Assembly (NCBI GenBank): GCA_964016885.1
Contig: OZ024740.1
Coordinates: 213,404,001 to 213,468,000, forward strand
Reading direction: 5' to 3'
Source: Eledone cirrhosa
Lineage: Eukaryota
DNA: 64,000 bases
How positions within the stretch are numbered: the stretch's first letter is position 1; each line of letters starts with the position of its first letter. Below, piece by piece: positions 32,201 to 46,040 of the stretch. The position numbers and the translations under genes were made by a program. The notes under the pieces were generated by a model. The model saw only the letters and a program-made list of their open reading frames with translations. It did no database searches and was not told where the DNA came from.

Positions 32201-33572
32201 TGAAATATGAAGATGGCTGGAATGTGAAGAAGGCTGGAATGTGATTATAACAACCAATGTGAAGACAAAAGACTAAAGAAATCAGTTGATAAAAATAATA
32301 ATAATTCTTCAACTCAGAAATTCAGACAAAAGATTTCAGTTTGAAACATGAAGTCATAATAATCCAGGAAGATGAAGATATAATAAAAGTCTTGAAAGAA
32401 AATCAAAGGTGCCACAGATTAAAATACATTACAAAGCAGTGCTGTGATTGTAAAAATTAACGCCTCCAGATTATATACATATGCTAATCAACTGGGAAAG
32501 AGCCATTGTAACCAAAACATTTCATAAAAGCAGAAACCAGGTGAGAGTGTGTATATAAAAAGAATAATTTGCTACCAAATAAAATCTTATTTACAAAACA
32601 AATCACTGACAAAAAGAAGCTGGAACCTAATCCAAAGAGGCAATAACATAAAAGACAACTGACGCACATTACAAAAAGAAGCTGGAACCAGGGCCAGATT
32701 TAATGGGGAGCAAAGAGGTCAATTGCCTTGGGTCCCCTGCAGTGAGGGGCCCCACCAGCAACAGCTGTAGCAATTTATTTGTGTCCCCAGCTAGGCTTTT
32801 TAGTTTTAGGATGTTAGAATTTTTCAATCTAATACCTGTATGTATAACTTTTCAATTTCAATTACTTGCACCAGGCTAACTTTGATATGTAAAATTGAGT
32901 GGGGTTTGCTGAGTATTCTAATTTTTTGTGTATGAAGAGCCACCCAAACCTGAACTGCCCCAGGGCCCCAAGGCCTAAATGCAACCCTGGCTGGAACCTA
33001 ACCCAAAGACATAATAACAAAAAAGACTTAGAATTAAAAACATTTAAAATATGTAGAGGTATAAGGTAGTTGACTGACAAGATCCCAGACTTCATTCGCT
33101 TACTGAGTGGGTCAAATTGGACCAAGGAAACAATGTTTCCACTGGTCTTACTATTGCTGATACTATCTACCAGTTGTAACTCCCGGCAGAAAGAGCAACC
33201 TAACATAAAGCTCAAGGACATAACATAAAGCTCAAAGACATTCCTGGTCCAGGAATTGAACTCACACCCTCACGATTGAGAATCCAATTCTCTAACCACT
33301 AAGACACGCACCTTCACAAAAATGTAAAAAAAAAAGTAAATTCACAAATTTAAATATTTTAGTTAATGCCAAGTATTCTCAGGTCTTCCACCCCACACTT
33401 TTTAAATTCTGCTAATTTATCTCCAGCGAAATTTTATTGTAAGTAATTCATATCAATACAGCAACTGGAGAATTTAATAATAATTATATTTTACATTAAA
33501 AAAGCATTATATTTGACAAAAAAAGAACATTACAAGAAATCCCATATTTACGAACTTACATTATACAATTAC

Positions 33573-34700
33573 CGATTCCATGCTGACCTCGCTACTTGTG
33601 TATCCGAGTGGCAGCTGAGGAGATATGCAATGTCAGGTTTAACGACATTGCAACAGGCCACTTTACCAGTCAGATATGGTAGCCTTGGCCTCCGATCTCG
33701 CTGGCTTTGCCAACGTTTCTTTTGTCTGTAACCTCATGCTGCGTCCTTGTTAGCAGGGTTCTCCAAAACACAATGGAACCCTCTGTGATCGGGGAACGTG
33801 AGGCCGCCTGTGAGACGTGGGACCGGCTGGGACTTAGCCCAGTAGACATCCCTCCTCCTTCTCCCCCTGCTGACATCAAGTCCCCCCCCCCCCCAAGCAT
33901 TTGGGATGCCATCCAGTGCAGCCTGGCCTTAGACAGGCTCACGTGCCAGCTCAACCAGCACCGCCTTGCCTGTTTTCGCGCAGCCTCCAAACCCCACAGT
34001 GGTGTCTAGCTCCATGCCAGTGAAGAAGGAGGGTAACGATAGCCTGCACATCGGTGTTTCCTTGAGGCTTGGCCTCCGGATCTGCGAGCCATATAAATGT
34101 CGCTGTGGATCCACCGTGGACTCTTTCGGCCTCCACCTGCTTTCCTGTTGCCACAGTGCCGGCTGGCCTCCACACCATGCTGCCCTCAACGAGGTCATAA
34201 AGCATGGTTCGGATGCTGCAGGCTTCCCCTCCCAGCTTGAGCCAGTGGGGCTGGACTGAGGGGACGGCAAAAGGCCAGACGGTATGACCGTCTTCCCCTT
34301 CCGCAGTGGCAAACCTCTTGTCTGGGATGCCACTTGCACCGACACCTTCTCCGGCTGCAACCTGGTGCAGTGTGCGACTAACCCAGGTTCTGCTGCACGT
34401 CAGGCCAAGGAGGCCAAACTCTCTAAGTACCGGTCACTCTCCGACAGGTTCGTGGTCATGCCCTTGGCAATGGAGACTTCTGGTGTCCTTGGCCTTAGGG
34501 CTACCTCCCTACTCACCACCATAGGCACTGAGCTGGCCAGTCGCAAGTGTGAGCCTCGCGAGTTGGAATGGCTCTTCCAGCGCATCTCCTTTACCATTCT
34601 CCGGGTAAACGCTTTCTCCATTCTGTCTGCTGGGGCTGTGGGGAGGCCAGGACGTGGGACCCCATTTGCTCGCCATATGGAAAGATGGGGGCAATGACAG
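33573..34700 (+). mobile_element. CRE-like non-LTR retrotransposon 3' fragment (Cys/His knuckle plus restriction-like endonuclease), disrupted
   Basis: GC-rich island encoding LPVRYGSLGLR, CRCG...HLLSC, HAALN, GKRPDG...LVWDAT, PLAMETSG, LFQRIS; has stops and frameshifts; small relics at 31250-31530, 47130-47330, 54040-54215. Confidence 0.8.
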
Positions 34701-35399
34701 TGGGAGTTCGGCTCTTCCACATTCGGACCATATCCTTGTGGTTGTGTTCATTAAGCAGTCAATGAGTCCACTTTTTACTTACAGCTGCAGACAAGGAGAG
34801 TCAAACTGGAATTAGTACATCATCCCATACATAGTGTTTTGCTCAAGAACACAACATACAACCCAGTCCAAGAATCAAATTCACAACATGATTGTAAGTC
34901 CAACACCTTTACCACTAGACCACACACCTCCACTGTGAGAAAGGGATGAGAGTATCTCCTAAATAAGTATTTCTATTATAAATGAACACAATATGAGCAA
35001 ACATTTCATTCAAAAATACAGCTACTCATCTCCTAAGAATAATTGTTGATAACACAAGAGATAGATTGCTTCTCACTGTTCCCTTTTCTCACTTAATCTA
35101 GATCAATAACAGAAATTTATCTATTAAAATATAGCACATCTGGTCTACATGGAGGCCTAAGGCCTAGTGGTAAGGGTGTTGTACTTATGATCGTAGTGCC
35201 ATGGGTTCGATCCTGGACTGGGTTGTGTGTTGTGTTCTTGAGCAAAACACTTTATTTACATTGTTGACAACATTTCAGTCCTAATAACTACCTCTGCTGA
35301 CATTTAGTCACCAATTCTGTACACAGAAGCCAATCTAGTAATACTCAGAAAATGTAACATTTTATTAAAATTGACCACAAAGAATGAAAATCGGTGCTG

Positions 35400-36150
35400 C
35401 AGAAACTGAGACACTCTTCCTCTCAAGAAAGCCTGTGCAGTGCACTCTACATGTGAATGAAGTTCCACTGAAGCAGGTAGAGAAGTTCAAGTATCTCGGG
35501 GCTGTGTTCACGAGTAATGGAAGGTAGGAGGCTGAATTAAGTGCAAGAATTGCAGGAGGTGGTGCAGTAATGTACCAGCTTTAGCATTCAGTAACTGGAA
35601 GAAGGGAGGTTGGTGTAAAAGCCAAACTCACTATCTTCAATTCGGTCTTCATGCCAATCTTTACCTATGGTATTGAATCTTGGGGAATGACCGAAAGAAT
35701 ACGATTGTGAATACAAGCGGCTGAAATCGGGTTTCTCCGAAGGGTCTTTGGAGTAACGTTATTCGATAGAGTGTGTAGCTCAGAGATCAGAGAATCGCTC
35801 CAGGTAGAGCCACTACTTCCCTGAATTGAGAGATAACAGCTCCTATACTATGGGCATGTGGTTAGAATGTCTCAGGGGGGAACAAAAAAAAAAAAAAAAA
35901 ATTTTTTTAAATTAAAAAAAAAAAAAAAAAAAATCGCTGGACAGATTTTACAGACAAAACCAACTGGCAAGAGATCCAGGTGTAGACCCCAAGCAAGATA
36001 GTTGGATAACATCCATGAGCTTGGCTGGTTTTGCTTGGGGATCCAACCAGATCAATTGGAGACGGTTGCTTCTGACAGGACCTGCTGGAAGGAGTGTTTG
36101 AGGACTCTACCCCCACAACATTCCCAGGAATAAGTGGGCAAAGAAGAAGA
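35400..36150 (+). mobile_element. RTE-clade LINE 3' fragment (family C), degraded
   Basis: Translates to VEKFKYLG...FTYGIESW...IQAAEIGFLRR...YGHVVRM with stops; (GAA)n tail; same family inverted at 57255-57757. Confidence 0.8.
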
Positions 36151-36479
36151 AAACCATAAAGCCACTTTTAGTTAAATACTTCCACAAAACAACTGTTATA
36201 TGGCAAGACAACTGCTACAGAGATCAGCTGGTCAACTGCTGAAGTGGTCAGCTGGCCGAAAGCCTCAAGCGATTGTTTTACATATAGATACTTCCATAAT
36301 ATACCCCACAAGAATAAGAACACAGAAAAAAAGGGTTATAGAGCTTGGAAAAAAAAATGCAAAGATTTCAGTGTTTTAATATGAAAATAGAAACTGTAAC
36401 AACAAAGCATGCAACAATAGCTGTGGGAACTGTATAAATATGTACAGTACAGTGTGTGTGAGTGTGAGTGTGTGTGTGA

Positions 36480-36516
<37 letters not shown>

Positions 36517-36945
36517 TGAGTGTGTGTATGTGTGTGTGTTGGTGTGTGTGTGTGTGTGTGAGTGTGTGTATGTGTGTGTGTTGGTGCATGTGTGTATATA
36601 TATATATGTGTATGTGTGTATGTATGCGTGTGTGTGTATGTCTGTGTATGCGTGTATGTGTGTGCATGTCTGTATGTATATGTGTCTGCGTGTATATGTA
36701 TGTATGTGTTTTAACTTGATATAAAGGTAAGCTGCCACGACACATGTACCACAAGTACCACCAAGGTCACATCTAGAAGAGGAATGTAAGTAAACTGATG
36801 CCATTTCACTTTTAAACATGGAAACAGAAAACCAAACAGAAAATAAAGAGAAAACCAAAACTCCAAAGTTGACATAAAGCAACCAACAGAAACAAGAATA
36901 TTAAAAATATTACAAATTCAAAGTAAATTATATATTTTAAGGCTT

Positions 36946-37315
36946 TGTCATAGTTGGAAGGGCCTTACTGTTGCCCTTTAAAGATCCTCTGAGAATGGTA
37001 TGGGAGAAAGGAGGAAGAAATAATAGTTTCTCATTTAGGTACAAGGTCAACAATTTTTTGGGGAAAATGAAAGTTGGAAGGGCCTTACTGTTGCCCTTTA
37101 AAGATCCTCTGAGAATGGTATGGGAGAAAGGAGGAAGAAATAATAGTTTCTGATTTAGGTACAAGGTCAACAATTTTGGGGGGAAAATGAAAGTTGGAAG
37201 GGCCTTACTGTTGCCTTTTAAAGATCCTCTGAGAATGGTATGGGAGAAAGGAGGAAGAAATAATAGTTTCTGATTTAGGTACAAGGTCAACAATTTTTGG
37301 GGGAAAATGAAAGTG
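36946..37315. repeat. 120-bp tandem repeat, three copies
   Basis: AGTTGGAAGGGCCTTACTG... recurs at 36952, 37072 and 37192. Confidence 0.92.
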
Positions 37316-39436
37316 GATTAAATCAACTCCAGTGTGTGACTGGTACTGTATTTTATCGACATCGTGAGGATGAAAGGTAAAGCTAACCTTGGTGGGATAA
37401 CTATATATCGCAAAGCATGTTTTGCAATGCTCTATCAATACTCTTGGGTTCCAAATAATGTTGGAGGGGGGGGGGAGCTTGGTGGTGGGGGGGGGGGGGG
37501 GGGTAATTGTGAATGCTAAGTGAGTGAGACAGTAGGATTAATGAAAGCTGATATCAGTCCATTGTTGTGGCTCAGAGCAATGGTGGTATGTAACTTTACT
37601 AGTTCAGAGCCAAAGAGATTGTAGTTGTAGAAGAGACAGTCTGTAAACCTGGTTGTAAGACATTGGTGAGAGAAGTTTTGTCAGTCAGATGAATGTCCTT
37701 CTTTTTGCAGATGTTTGTCCATGTAGCAGCAGGTAATATCCCAGATATAATGACAGTACTCAGTAATAACCCAGATATAATGACAGTACTCAGTAATAAC
37801 CCAGATATAAAGACAATACTAGGTAATATCCCAGATATAATGACAATACTAGGTAATATCCCAGATATAATGACAATACTAGGTAATATCCCAGATATAA
37901 TGACAATACTCAGTAATATCCCAGATATAATGACAATACTCAGTAATATCCCAGATATAATGACAGTACTCAGTAATAACCCAGATATAATGACAGTACT
38001 AGGTAATATCCCAGATATAATGACAATACTCAGTAATATCCCAGATATAAAGACAATACTCAGTAATATCCCAGATATAAAGACAATACTAGGTAATATC
38101 CCAGGTATAATGACAATACTCAGTAATATCCCAGATATAAAGACAATACTAGGTAATATCCCAGATATAATGACAATACTCAGTAATATCCCAGATATAA
38201 TGACAATACTCGGTAATATCCCAGATATAATGACAGTACTCAGTAATATCCCAGATATAATGACAATACTCAGTAATATCCCAGATATAAAGACAATACT
38301 AGGTAATATCCCAGATATAATGACAATACTCAGTAATATCCCAGATATAAAGACAATACTAGGTAATATCCCAGATATAATGACAATACTCAGTAATATC
38401 CCAGATATAATGACAATACTCAGTAATATCCCAGATATAAAGACAGTACTCAGTAATATCCCAGATATAATGACAATACTCGGTAATATCCCAGATATAA
38501 TGACAATACTCAGTAATATCCCAGATATAAAGACAATACTCAGTAATATCCCAGATATAATGACAATACTCGGTAATATCCCAGATATAATGACAATACT
38601 CGGTAATATCCCAGATATAATGACAATACTCGGTAATATCCCAGATATAATGACAATACTCGGTAATATCCCAGATATAATGACAATACTAGGTAATATC
38701 CCAGATATAATGACAATACTAGGTAATATCCCAGATATAATGACAATACTCAGTAATATCCCAGATATAATGACAATACTCGGTAATATCCCAGATATAA
38801 TGACAATACTAGGTAATATCCCAGATATAATGACAATACTCAGTAATATCCCAGATATAATGACAATACTCGGTAATATCCCAGATATAATGACAGTACT
38901 CAGTAATATCCCAGATATAAAGACAATACTCAGTAATATCCCAGATATAAAGACAATACTCAGTAATATCCCAGAAATAATGACAATACTCAGTAATATC
39001 CCAGATATAAAGACAATACTCAGTAATATCCCAGATATAATGACAGTACTCAGTAATATCCCAGATATGATGACAATACTCAGTAATATCCCAGATATGA
39101 TGACAATACTCAGTAATATCCCAGATATAATGACAATACTCAGTAATATCCCAGATATAATGACAGTACTCAGTAATATCCCAGATATAATGACAATACT
39201 CGGTAATATCCCAGATATAATGACAATACTCGGTAATATCCCAGATATAATGACAGTACTCAGTAATATCCCAGATATAATGACAATACTCAGTAATATC
39301 CCAGATATAATGACAATACTCAGTAAAATCCCAGATATAAAGACAATACTCAGTAATATCCCAGATATAAAGACAATACTCAGTAATATCCCAGATATAA
39401 AGACAATAGTCAGTAATATCCCAAATATAATGACAA

Positions 39437-40823
39437 TCATCATCATCATCATCATCGTTTAACGTCTATCTTCCACGTTTGCATGGGTTTGGACAGGGGG
39501 TTTTCCCACTTGAGGCAAGAGTGGTTGTCCTGCTCGTATAGGACTGTCTCTCGGGTTTTCTACAGCTGGATGCCCTTCCTAACACCAACCACGTTTACAG
39601 TGTGGGTCTGGGAGGTTTTTACCGTGTTACCTACACGGCCACATTACAGCGTGGACTGTGTGTTTTTTTGTTGTGACACCTACACGACCTCATTTGTTTC
39701 GGACTGGATGTTGTGGTACCAACATAACTTTACATTGAAAGGAGTGGTGTGGATGGGGTAGGGGTAGTGGGACGGGGGGTGTATTTTTGTTAGAGGTGCC
39801 TACTGACTGTAGTAGGTTTCCCTTTGTACTTAGGTAAGGCGGGTCTTCTGTATTACTGTGTAGCGCCAAAGATCTCGGTCCAGTGACATTGTCTTGGAGA
39901 GGTGTAAGTGTGTGAGGTCGGAATTTATCAAGTCGTCCCAGGTTTTTCTCGGTCTGCCTACTCCGTGGCTACCGTCTATTTTTATTGCCCTGCACTTTTT
40001 TATACAGCTGTCGTCTTTCATGCGCATCACATGCCCATACCAACGTAGTCTTCTCTCGAGTAAACAACATCTGATCCCTCTTATTTCTAATTTTTCCCTT
40101 AGTTCGTTTATGCTTTGCCGTTCACGTATATTACTATTACACATCCAGCGGAGCATGCAAACTTCGTTCCTCTCCAGTCTGCGTATATCCTCTGCACACA
40201 ATGCCCAGGTCTCACTGCCATGTAACATTGCTGTTCGTATGCAGGCATCATACAGCCTGCCTTTCATTTTTAGAGAGAACCCTTTAGCGGCTAATAGTGG
40301 TATAAGCTCTCTGAACTTTTTCCATCCAGTTCTGACTCTAGCTACTGTACTTTCAGAACACCCTCCACCACTGCTGATTTTGTCACCCAAGTAACGGAAG
40401 GTGTCCACTATTTCTATAGAACCATCTGTGCAATGGAATGAGCTAGTATTCTGTGGGCACTTGCTGCTACTTATTGCACCAGAGCACCGGCCACATATAA
40501 AATCTATGTTCTTAGTTAGCTTACCTGTGATCCCACTACATTTTTTATGCACCCATACTTTGCATTTGGGACATAAAATGGAGTTTCTACCTACTCCTTT
40601 CCTACACACTGAGCATGGTCATTTCCCGGATGGAACCGGTGCCCTATTTTCTTTCCTACAAACTAGAACTTTAGTCTTAGACAGGTTAATTTTAAGGCCT
40701 TTTGATTCTAGGCCATGCTTCCATGTTTGGAATTTCTTCTCTAGTTCAGCCATTCATTCAGCTATGAGCGTTAGATCATCTGCGTATAGGAGTTCCAATG
40801 GGCAGCCGGTCTGGAACTCCACT
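39437..40823 (-). mobile_element. 5'-truncated RTE LINE (family B) inserted in the 30-bp satellite
   Basis: RT YADD (ELLYADDL), Cys-rich region, FRYLG, LHGSETW, LRWYGHVMR, GRPRKTW; ~390-nt 3' UTR; (GAT)n tail. Confidence 0.93.
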
Positions 40824-42560
40824 GGGTAATATCCCAGATATAATGACAATACTAGGTAATATCCCAGATATAATGACAGTACTCAGTAATATCCCAGATA
40901 TAATGACAGTACTCAGTAATAACCCAGATATAATGACAATACTCGGTAATATCCCAGATATAATGACAATACTCAGTAATATCCCAGATATAATGACAAT
41001 ACTCGGTAATATCCCAGATATAATGACAATACTCAGTAATATCCCAGATATAATGACAATACTCGGTAATATCCCAGTTATAATGACAATACTCTGTAAT
41101 ATCCCAGATATAATGACAATACTCAGTAATATCCCAGATATAAAGACAATACTAGGTAATATCCCAGATATAATGACAATACTCAGTAATATCCCAGATA
41201 TAAAGACAGTACACAGTAATATCCCAGATATAATGACAATACTCAGTAATATCCCAGATATAGACAATACTCAGTAATATCCCAGATATAATGACAATAC
41301 TCAGTAATATCCCAGATATAAAGACAATACTCAGTAATATCCCAGATATGACAATACTCAGTAATATCCCAGATATAACGACAGTACTCAGTAATATCCC
41401 AGATATAATGACAATACTCAGTAATATCCCAGATATAATGACAATACTCAGTAATATCCCAGATATAATGACAGTACTCAGTAATATCCCAGATATAAAG
41501 ACAATACTCAGTAATATCCCAGATATAAAGACAGTACTCAGTAATATCCCAGATATAAAGACAGTACTCAGTAATATCCCAGATATAATGACAATACTCA
41601 GTAATATCCCAAATATAGACAATACTCAGTAATATCCCAGATATAATGACAATACTCAATAATATCCCAGATATAACGACAGTACTCAGTAATATCCCAG
41701 ATATAATGACAATACTCAGTAATATCCCAGATATAATGACAATACTCAGTAATATCCCAGATATGACAGTACTCAGTAATATCCCAGATATAAAGACAAT
41801 ACTCAGTAATATCCCAGATATAAAGACAGTACTCAGTAATATCCCAGATATAAAGACAGTACTCAGTAATATCCCAGATATAATGACAATACTCAGTAAT
41901 ATCCCAGATATAAAGACAATACTCAGTAATATCCCAGATATAAAGACAATACTCAGTAATATCCCAGATATAATGACAATACTCAGTAATATCCCAGATA
42001 TAATGACAATACTCAGTAATATCCCAGATATAAAGACAATACTCAGTAATATCCCAGATATGACAATACTCAGTAATATCCCAGATATAATGACAATACT
42101 CAGTAATATCCCAGATATAATGACAATACTCAGTAATATCCCAGATATAATGACAATACTCAGTAATATCCCAGATATAATGACAGTACTCAGTAATACC
42201 CCAGATATAATGACAATACTCAGTAATATCCCAGACATAAAGACAATACTCAGTAATATCCCAGATATAATGACAATACTCAGTAATATCCCAGATATAA
42301 AGACAATACTCAGTAATATCCCAGATATAATGACAATACTCAGAAATATCCCAGATATAAAGACAATACTCAGTAATATCCCAGATATAATGACAATACT
42401 CAGTAATATCCCAGATATAATGACAGTACTCAGTAATATCCCAGATATAATGACAGTACTCAGTAATATCCCAGATATAATGACAGTACTCAGTAATATC
42501 CTAGATATAATGACAATACTCAGTAATATCCGAGATATAATGACAGTACTCAGTAATATC

Positions 42561-43663
42561 ATCATCATCATCATTTTACGTCCGCTTTTCCCTGCTTGCA
42601 AGGGTGGGACGGGTCTTATTCAGCACAGCATCTCTCCACTCGTCACGGTCCTTCGTCATCTCCACCGTGAGCTTCAATGATCTGAGGTCTGTTCTCACCA
42701 CCTCTGCCCATGTTTTTCGTGGTCTACCTCTACCACGTCTTCCTTCAACTGGCATTTCCTGGCACTTCTTCACCCATCGGTCATCCTCCATGCGCATCAC
42801 ATGTCCATACCACCTCAGTCTCCTCTACATTCTATCCCTCTCAGACAGTTTCTCTCTCAACACATTTATGCTGGGTCGTTCACGCACATTTACACTGCAC
42901 ATCCAACGGAGCATGCTTGCCTCATTTCTCTCCAGCCGTCGCATATCCTCTGCAGTTGCTGCCCATGTCTCACTACCATGCAGCATCACGCTCCTCACAC
43001 AGGCATCATACAACTGGCCTTTCATACGCAGGGATAAACCCTTCTTCGTCAACAGAGGAAGCAGCTCCCTAAACTTCTTCCAACCCGTCCTTATTCTAGA
43101 TACTATGGCCTCGGAACACCTTCCTCCCATACTAATCTGATCTCCTAGGTACCGGAAGCTATCCACCACTTCTATAGCGCCCTCCTGCATTTGAAAAATG
43201 TGTCTATCAATGCGACTTCTACTGTCTAATTTCCCTGTACATCTACTGCATACATATTTCTCCCTACCTGTTAGTTTGCCTGTTATCCCGCTACATCTCT
43301 TGTGTACCCAGGATCTGCATTATGTGCATTTTATAGAATTTATGCCAGTTCCTTTTCTGCATATCGAACATGGCCATTTCCCTGACGGAATCAGGGTTTT
43401 GTCGTCTTTTCTACTCATCAACATTTTTGTCTTAGCTAGGTTCACTCTCAGTCCTCTTGCTTCCAACTGCTGTTTCCATAGCCAGAATTTATTTTCTAGC
43501 TCCTCTACTGATTCTGCTATAAGAACCAGATCGTCAGCATAGAAAAGTTCCCATGGACAGCCAGTCTTAAACTCCTCTGTTATGGCTTGGAGGACTATAA
43601 TGAACAAGAGCGGGCTGAGGACCGAACCCTGATGTACTCCTACTTGTATCTGGAATTCCTCAC
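42561..43663 (-). mobile_element. 5'-truncated RTE LINE (family A) inserted in the 30-bp satellite
   Basis: GVHQGSVLSPLLF, LFYADDL, FRYLG, LHGSETW; (GAT)n tail; small deletions and a stop; 37-bp TSD. Confidence 0.93.
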
Positions 43664-44159
43664 TAATATCCGAGATATAATGACAATACTCAGTAATATC
43701 CCAGATATAATGACAATACTCAGTAATATCACAGATATAGATAGTACTCAGTAATATCACAGATATAGACAGTACTCAGTAATATCACAGATATAGACAG
43801 TACTAAGTAATATCCCAGATATAATTACAATACTCAGTAATATCCCATGGCCTACCTCTACCATGGTTTCTGAAACCATGGTAGAGGTAGGCCAATGAAG
43901 ATTTAACCGTTTAGCATTCACAATACTCTATATATACTATCGTAATTTCATAGAAAAGGCTTTATCTCACATAATATCTCAGATAATATTGAATCTACAA
44001 GATTTTGATATCTATTTTGAGAACAAAGGAAAGAAAATGACAAATGGAGGAGTTGTGGACTCATCTAACAAAAGGAAAAATAGATGTAAAAATGCAGATG
44101 ATTATATATGTAGGGGTGGGTCACAATGAGAAATCATCAAAAGATTGTGAGGCTAAATA

Positions 44160-44812
44160 TATAACTAGATATAAATAAATAATATAAATATACAACTAGA
44201 TATAAATAAATAATATAAATATACAACTAGATATAAATAAATAATATAAATATATAACTAGATATAAATAAATAATATAAATATACAACTAGATATAAAT
44301 AAATAATATAAATATACAACTAGATATAAATAAATAATATAAATATACAACTAGATATAAATAAATAATATAAATATACAACTAGATATAAATAAATAAT
44401 ATAAATATATAACTAGATATAAATAAATAATATAAATATACAACTAGATATAAATAAATAATATAAATATACAACTAGATATAAATAAATAATATAAATA
44501 TACAACTAGATATAAATAAATAATATAAATATACAACTAGATATAAATAAATAATATAAATATACAACTAGATATAAATAAATAATATAAATATACAACT
44601 AGATATAAATAAATAATATAAATATACAACTAGATATAAATAAATAATATAAATATACAACTAGATATAAATAAATAATATAAATATACAACTAGATATA
44701 AATAAATAATATAAATATACAACTAGATATAAATAAATAATATAAATATACAACTAGATATAAATAAATAATATAAATATACAACTAGATATAAATAAAT
44801 AATATAAATATA
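44160..44812. repeat. 31-bp AT-rich minisatellite, about 21 copies (AACTAGATATAAATAAATAATATAAATATAC)
   Basis: Tandem units read directly. Confidence 0.95.
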
Positions 44813-44876
44813 TCACAAAATGAAGCAACAGATGAAATAAGAAGGAAAAAAGAAAGAAAATGAAAGTTTTTCTCAC

Positions 44877-45017
44877 GGGTCATTTTCTAATTCTGAACCA
44901 TGTTCTTTCTGGGTTGTAATTGGTTCCATTGCTGTAGATAATGGCATCATTTGTTGACGTGACATCAAGAACAGTAATTCTTGTTGAAGTGAATGGCTAT
45001 AATCTTTCATAGCGCTC
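44877..45017 (-). CDS. RUNDC3: RUNDC3 exon (SAMKDYSHSLQQELL...ELENDP)
   Basis: tttcag acceptor, gtgaga donor, 141 nt, phases match both neighbours. Confidence 0.8.
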
Positions 45018-45882
45018 CTGAAACATCAGAAATAACAAAGATTATAATAATCTTCCATCATTATCATACTCTAAGTCTCTAGTTTAAAACCTGCCTCCAG
45101 TTTTGTGGCATAAAGCAACTGAGTGTAAAAGACTTCCCCCTGGACAGGATGCCAGTCCATCACAAGGTTAAACTCACCAGCTATTACTGCTGGCACTCAT
45201 TTTTAGCTGAGTATACTGGAGCAACGTGAAATGAAGTGTTTTGCTCAAGAACACAACCCAGTCCAGGAATCAAATCCACGACATTATGATAGTAAGTCCA
45301 ACACCCTTACCACTGGGCCATGTGCTTCCACATTATGATACTGATTGAATGAATTTGAAAAAAAATCTACTATCTTTAAAGATCACACAAACAAAATACA
45401 AATGTCCAAATTTTCAAACTTTTCCAACTTCACTAGTATATAGAAATGGATGTAAGAGAAAATAATTCTCAGGAAACTTTAAAATTACAAAAATAATATC
45501 TTTTTGTGGAAATGGATAAAAAACAGAAAACAATTCTAATTGATATAAAGTATGGAGTGTTCATGTGTAGAGATGCTATAAAATAGAGTGATGACCCTTA
45601 AAAAAAATGGAAAAAGAAGTTACCATCGGCCAGTATGAGGAATTGAACCTCATATCTCCCAGATACCAGCTATGAGATTCACTTCCGCATAGCAGCCAAT
45701 GGCAACTTCTTTTTCCGTCTTTTAAGGGCCTTCACCCTATTTTATCACATCTCTACATCAGGCAAATGATCCTTTACATTAATTCTATATTCTCAGCGTT
45801 TCAAAGTCCGTTCTCTCAGTTACATATATTGTTAATTCTAAGTAAATAATAAAATTATGAAAATGGTATTTTATGTGCTTAC

Positions 45883-46040
45883 AATTGTCCTTGTAATTCT
45901 ATTATCACAGATTCCAGTTGACATCTTTCTCGAATTCCATCAGATTCCATAGACCTCAATGTTTCAACATGTTTTTCATACTGTTTGTGAATTTCATGAA
46001 GCTGGTCCTCTCGTAACCGAACAAGTTCTTCAAAATATCC
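45883..46040 (-). CDS. RUNDC3: RUNDC3 coiled-coil exon (GYFEELVRLREDQL...QLESVIIELQGQL)
   Basis: cacag acceptor, gtaagc donor, 158 nt; matches RUNDC3 GYLEEL.RLRE.QL. Confidence 0.92.

Larger units (their letters stand above)
37731..43846. repeat. 30-bp minisatellite (CAGTAATATCCCAGATATAATGACAATACT) split into three blocks by two LINE insertions
   Basis: Blocks 37731-39436, 40824-42560 and 43664-43846. Confidence 0.97.

Noticed and set aside
37545-37730. Coding-looking unique sequence beside the satellite as a RUNDC3 exon
   Set aside because: No usable splice sites and has stops; more likely a decayed LINE scrap
37599-42680. Long ILSNIPDIMT / IVIISGILLS repeat ORFs
   Set aside because: Stop-free 30-bp satellite in an intron, interrupted by LINEs and frameshifting unit variants
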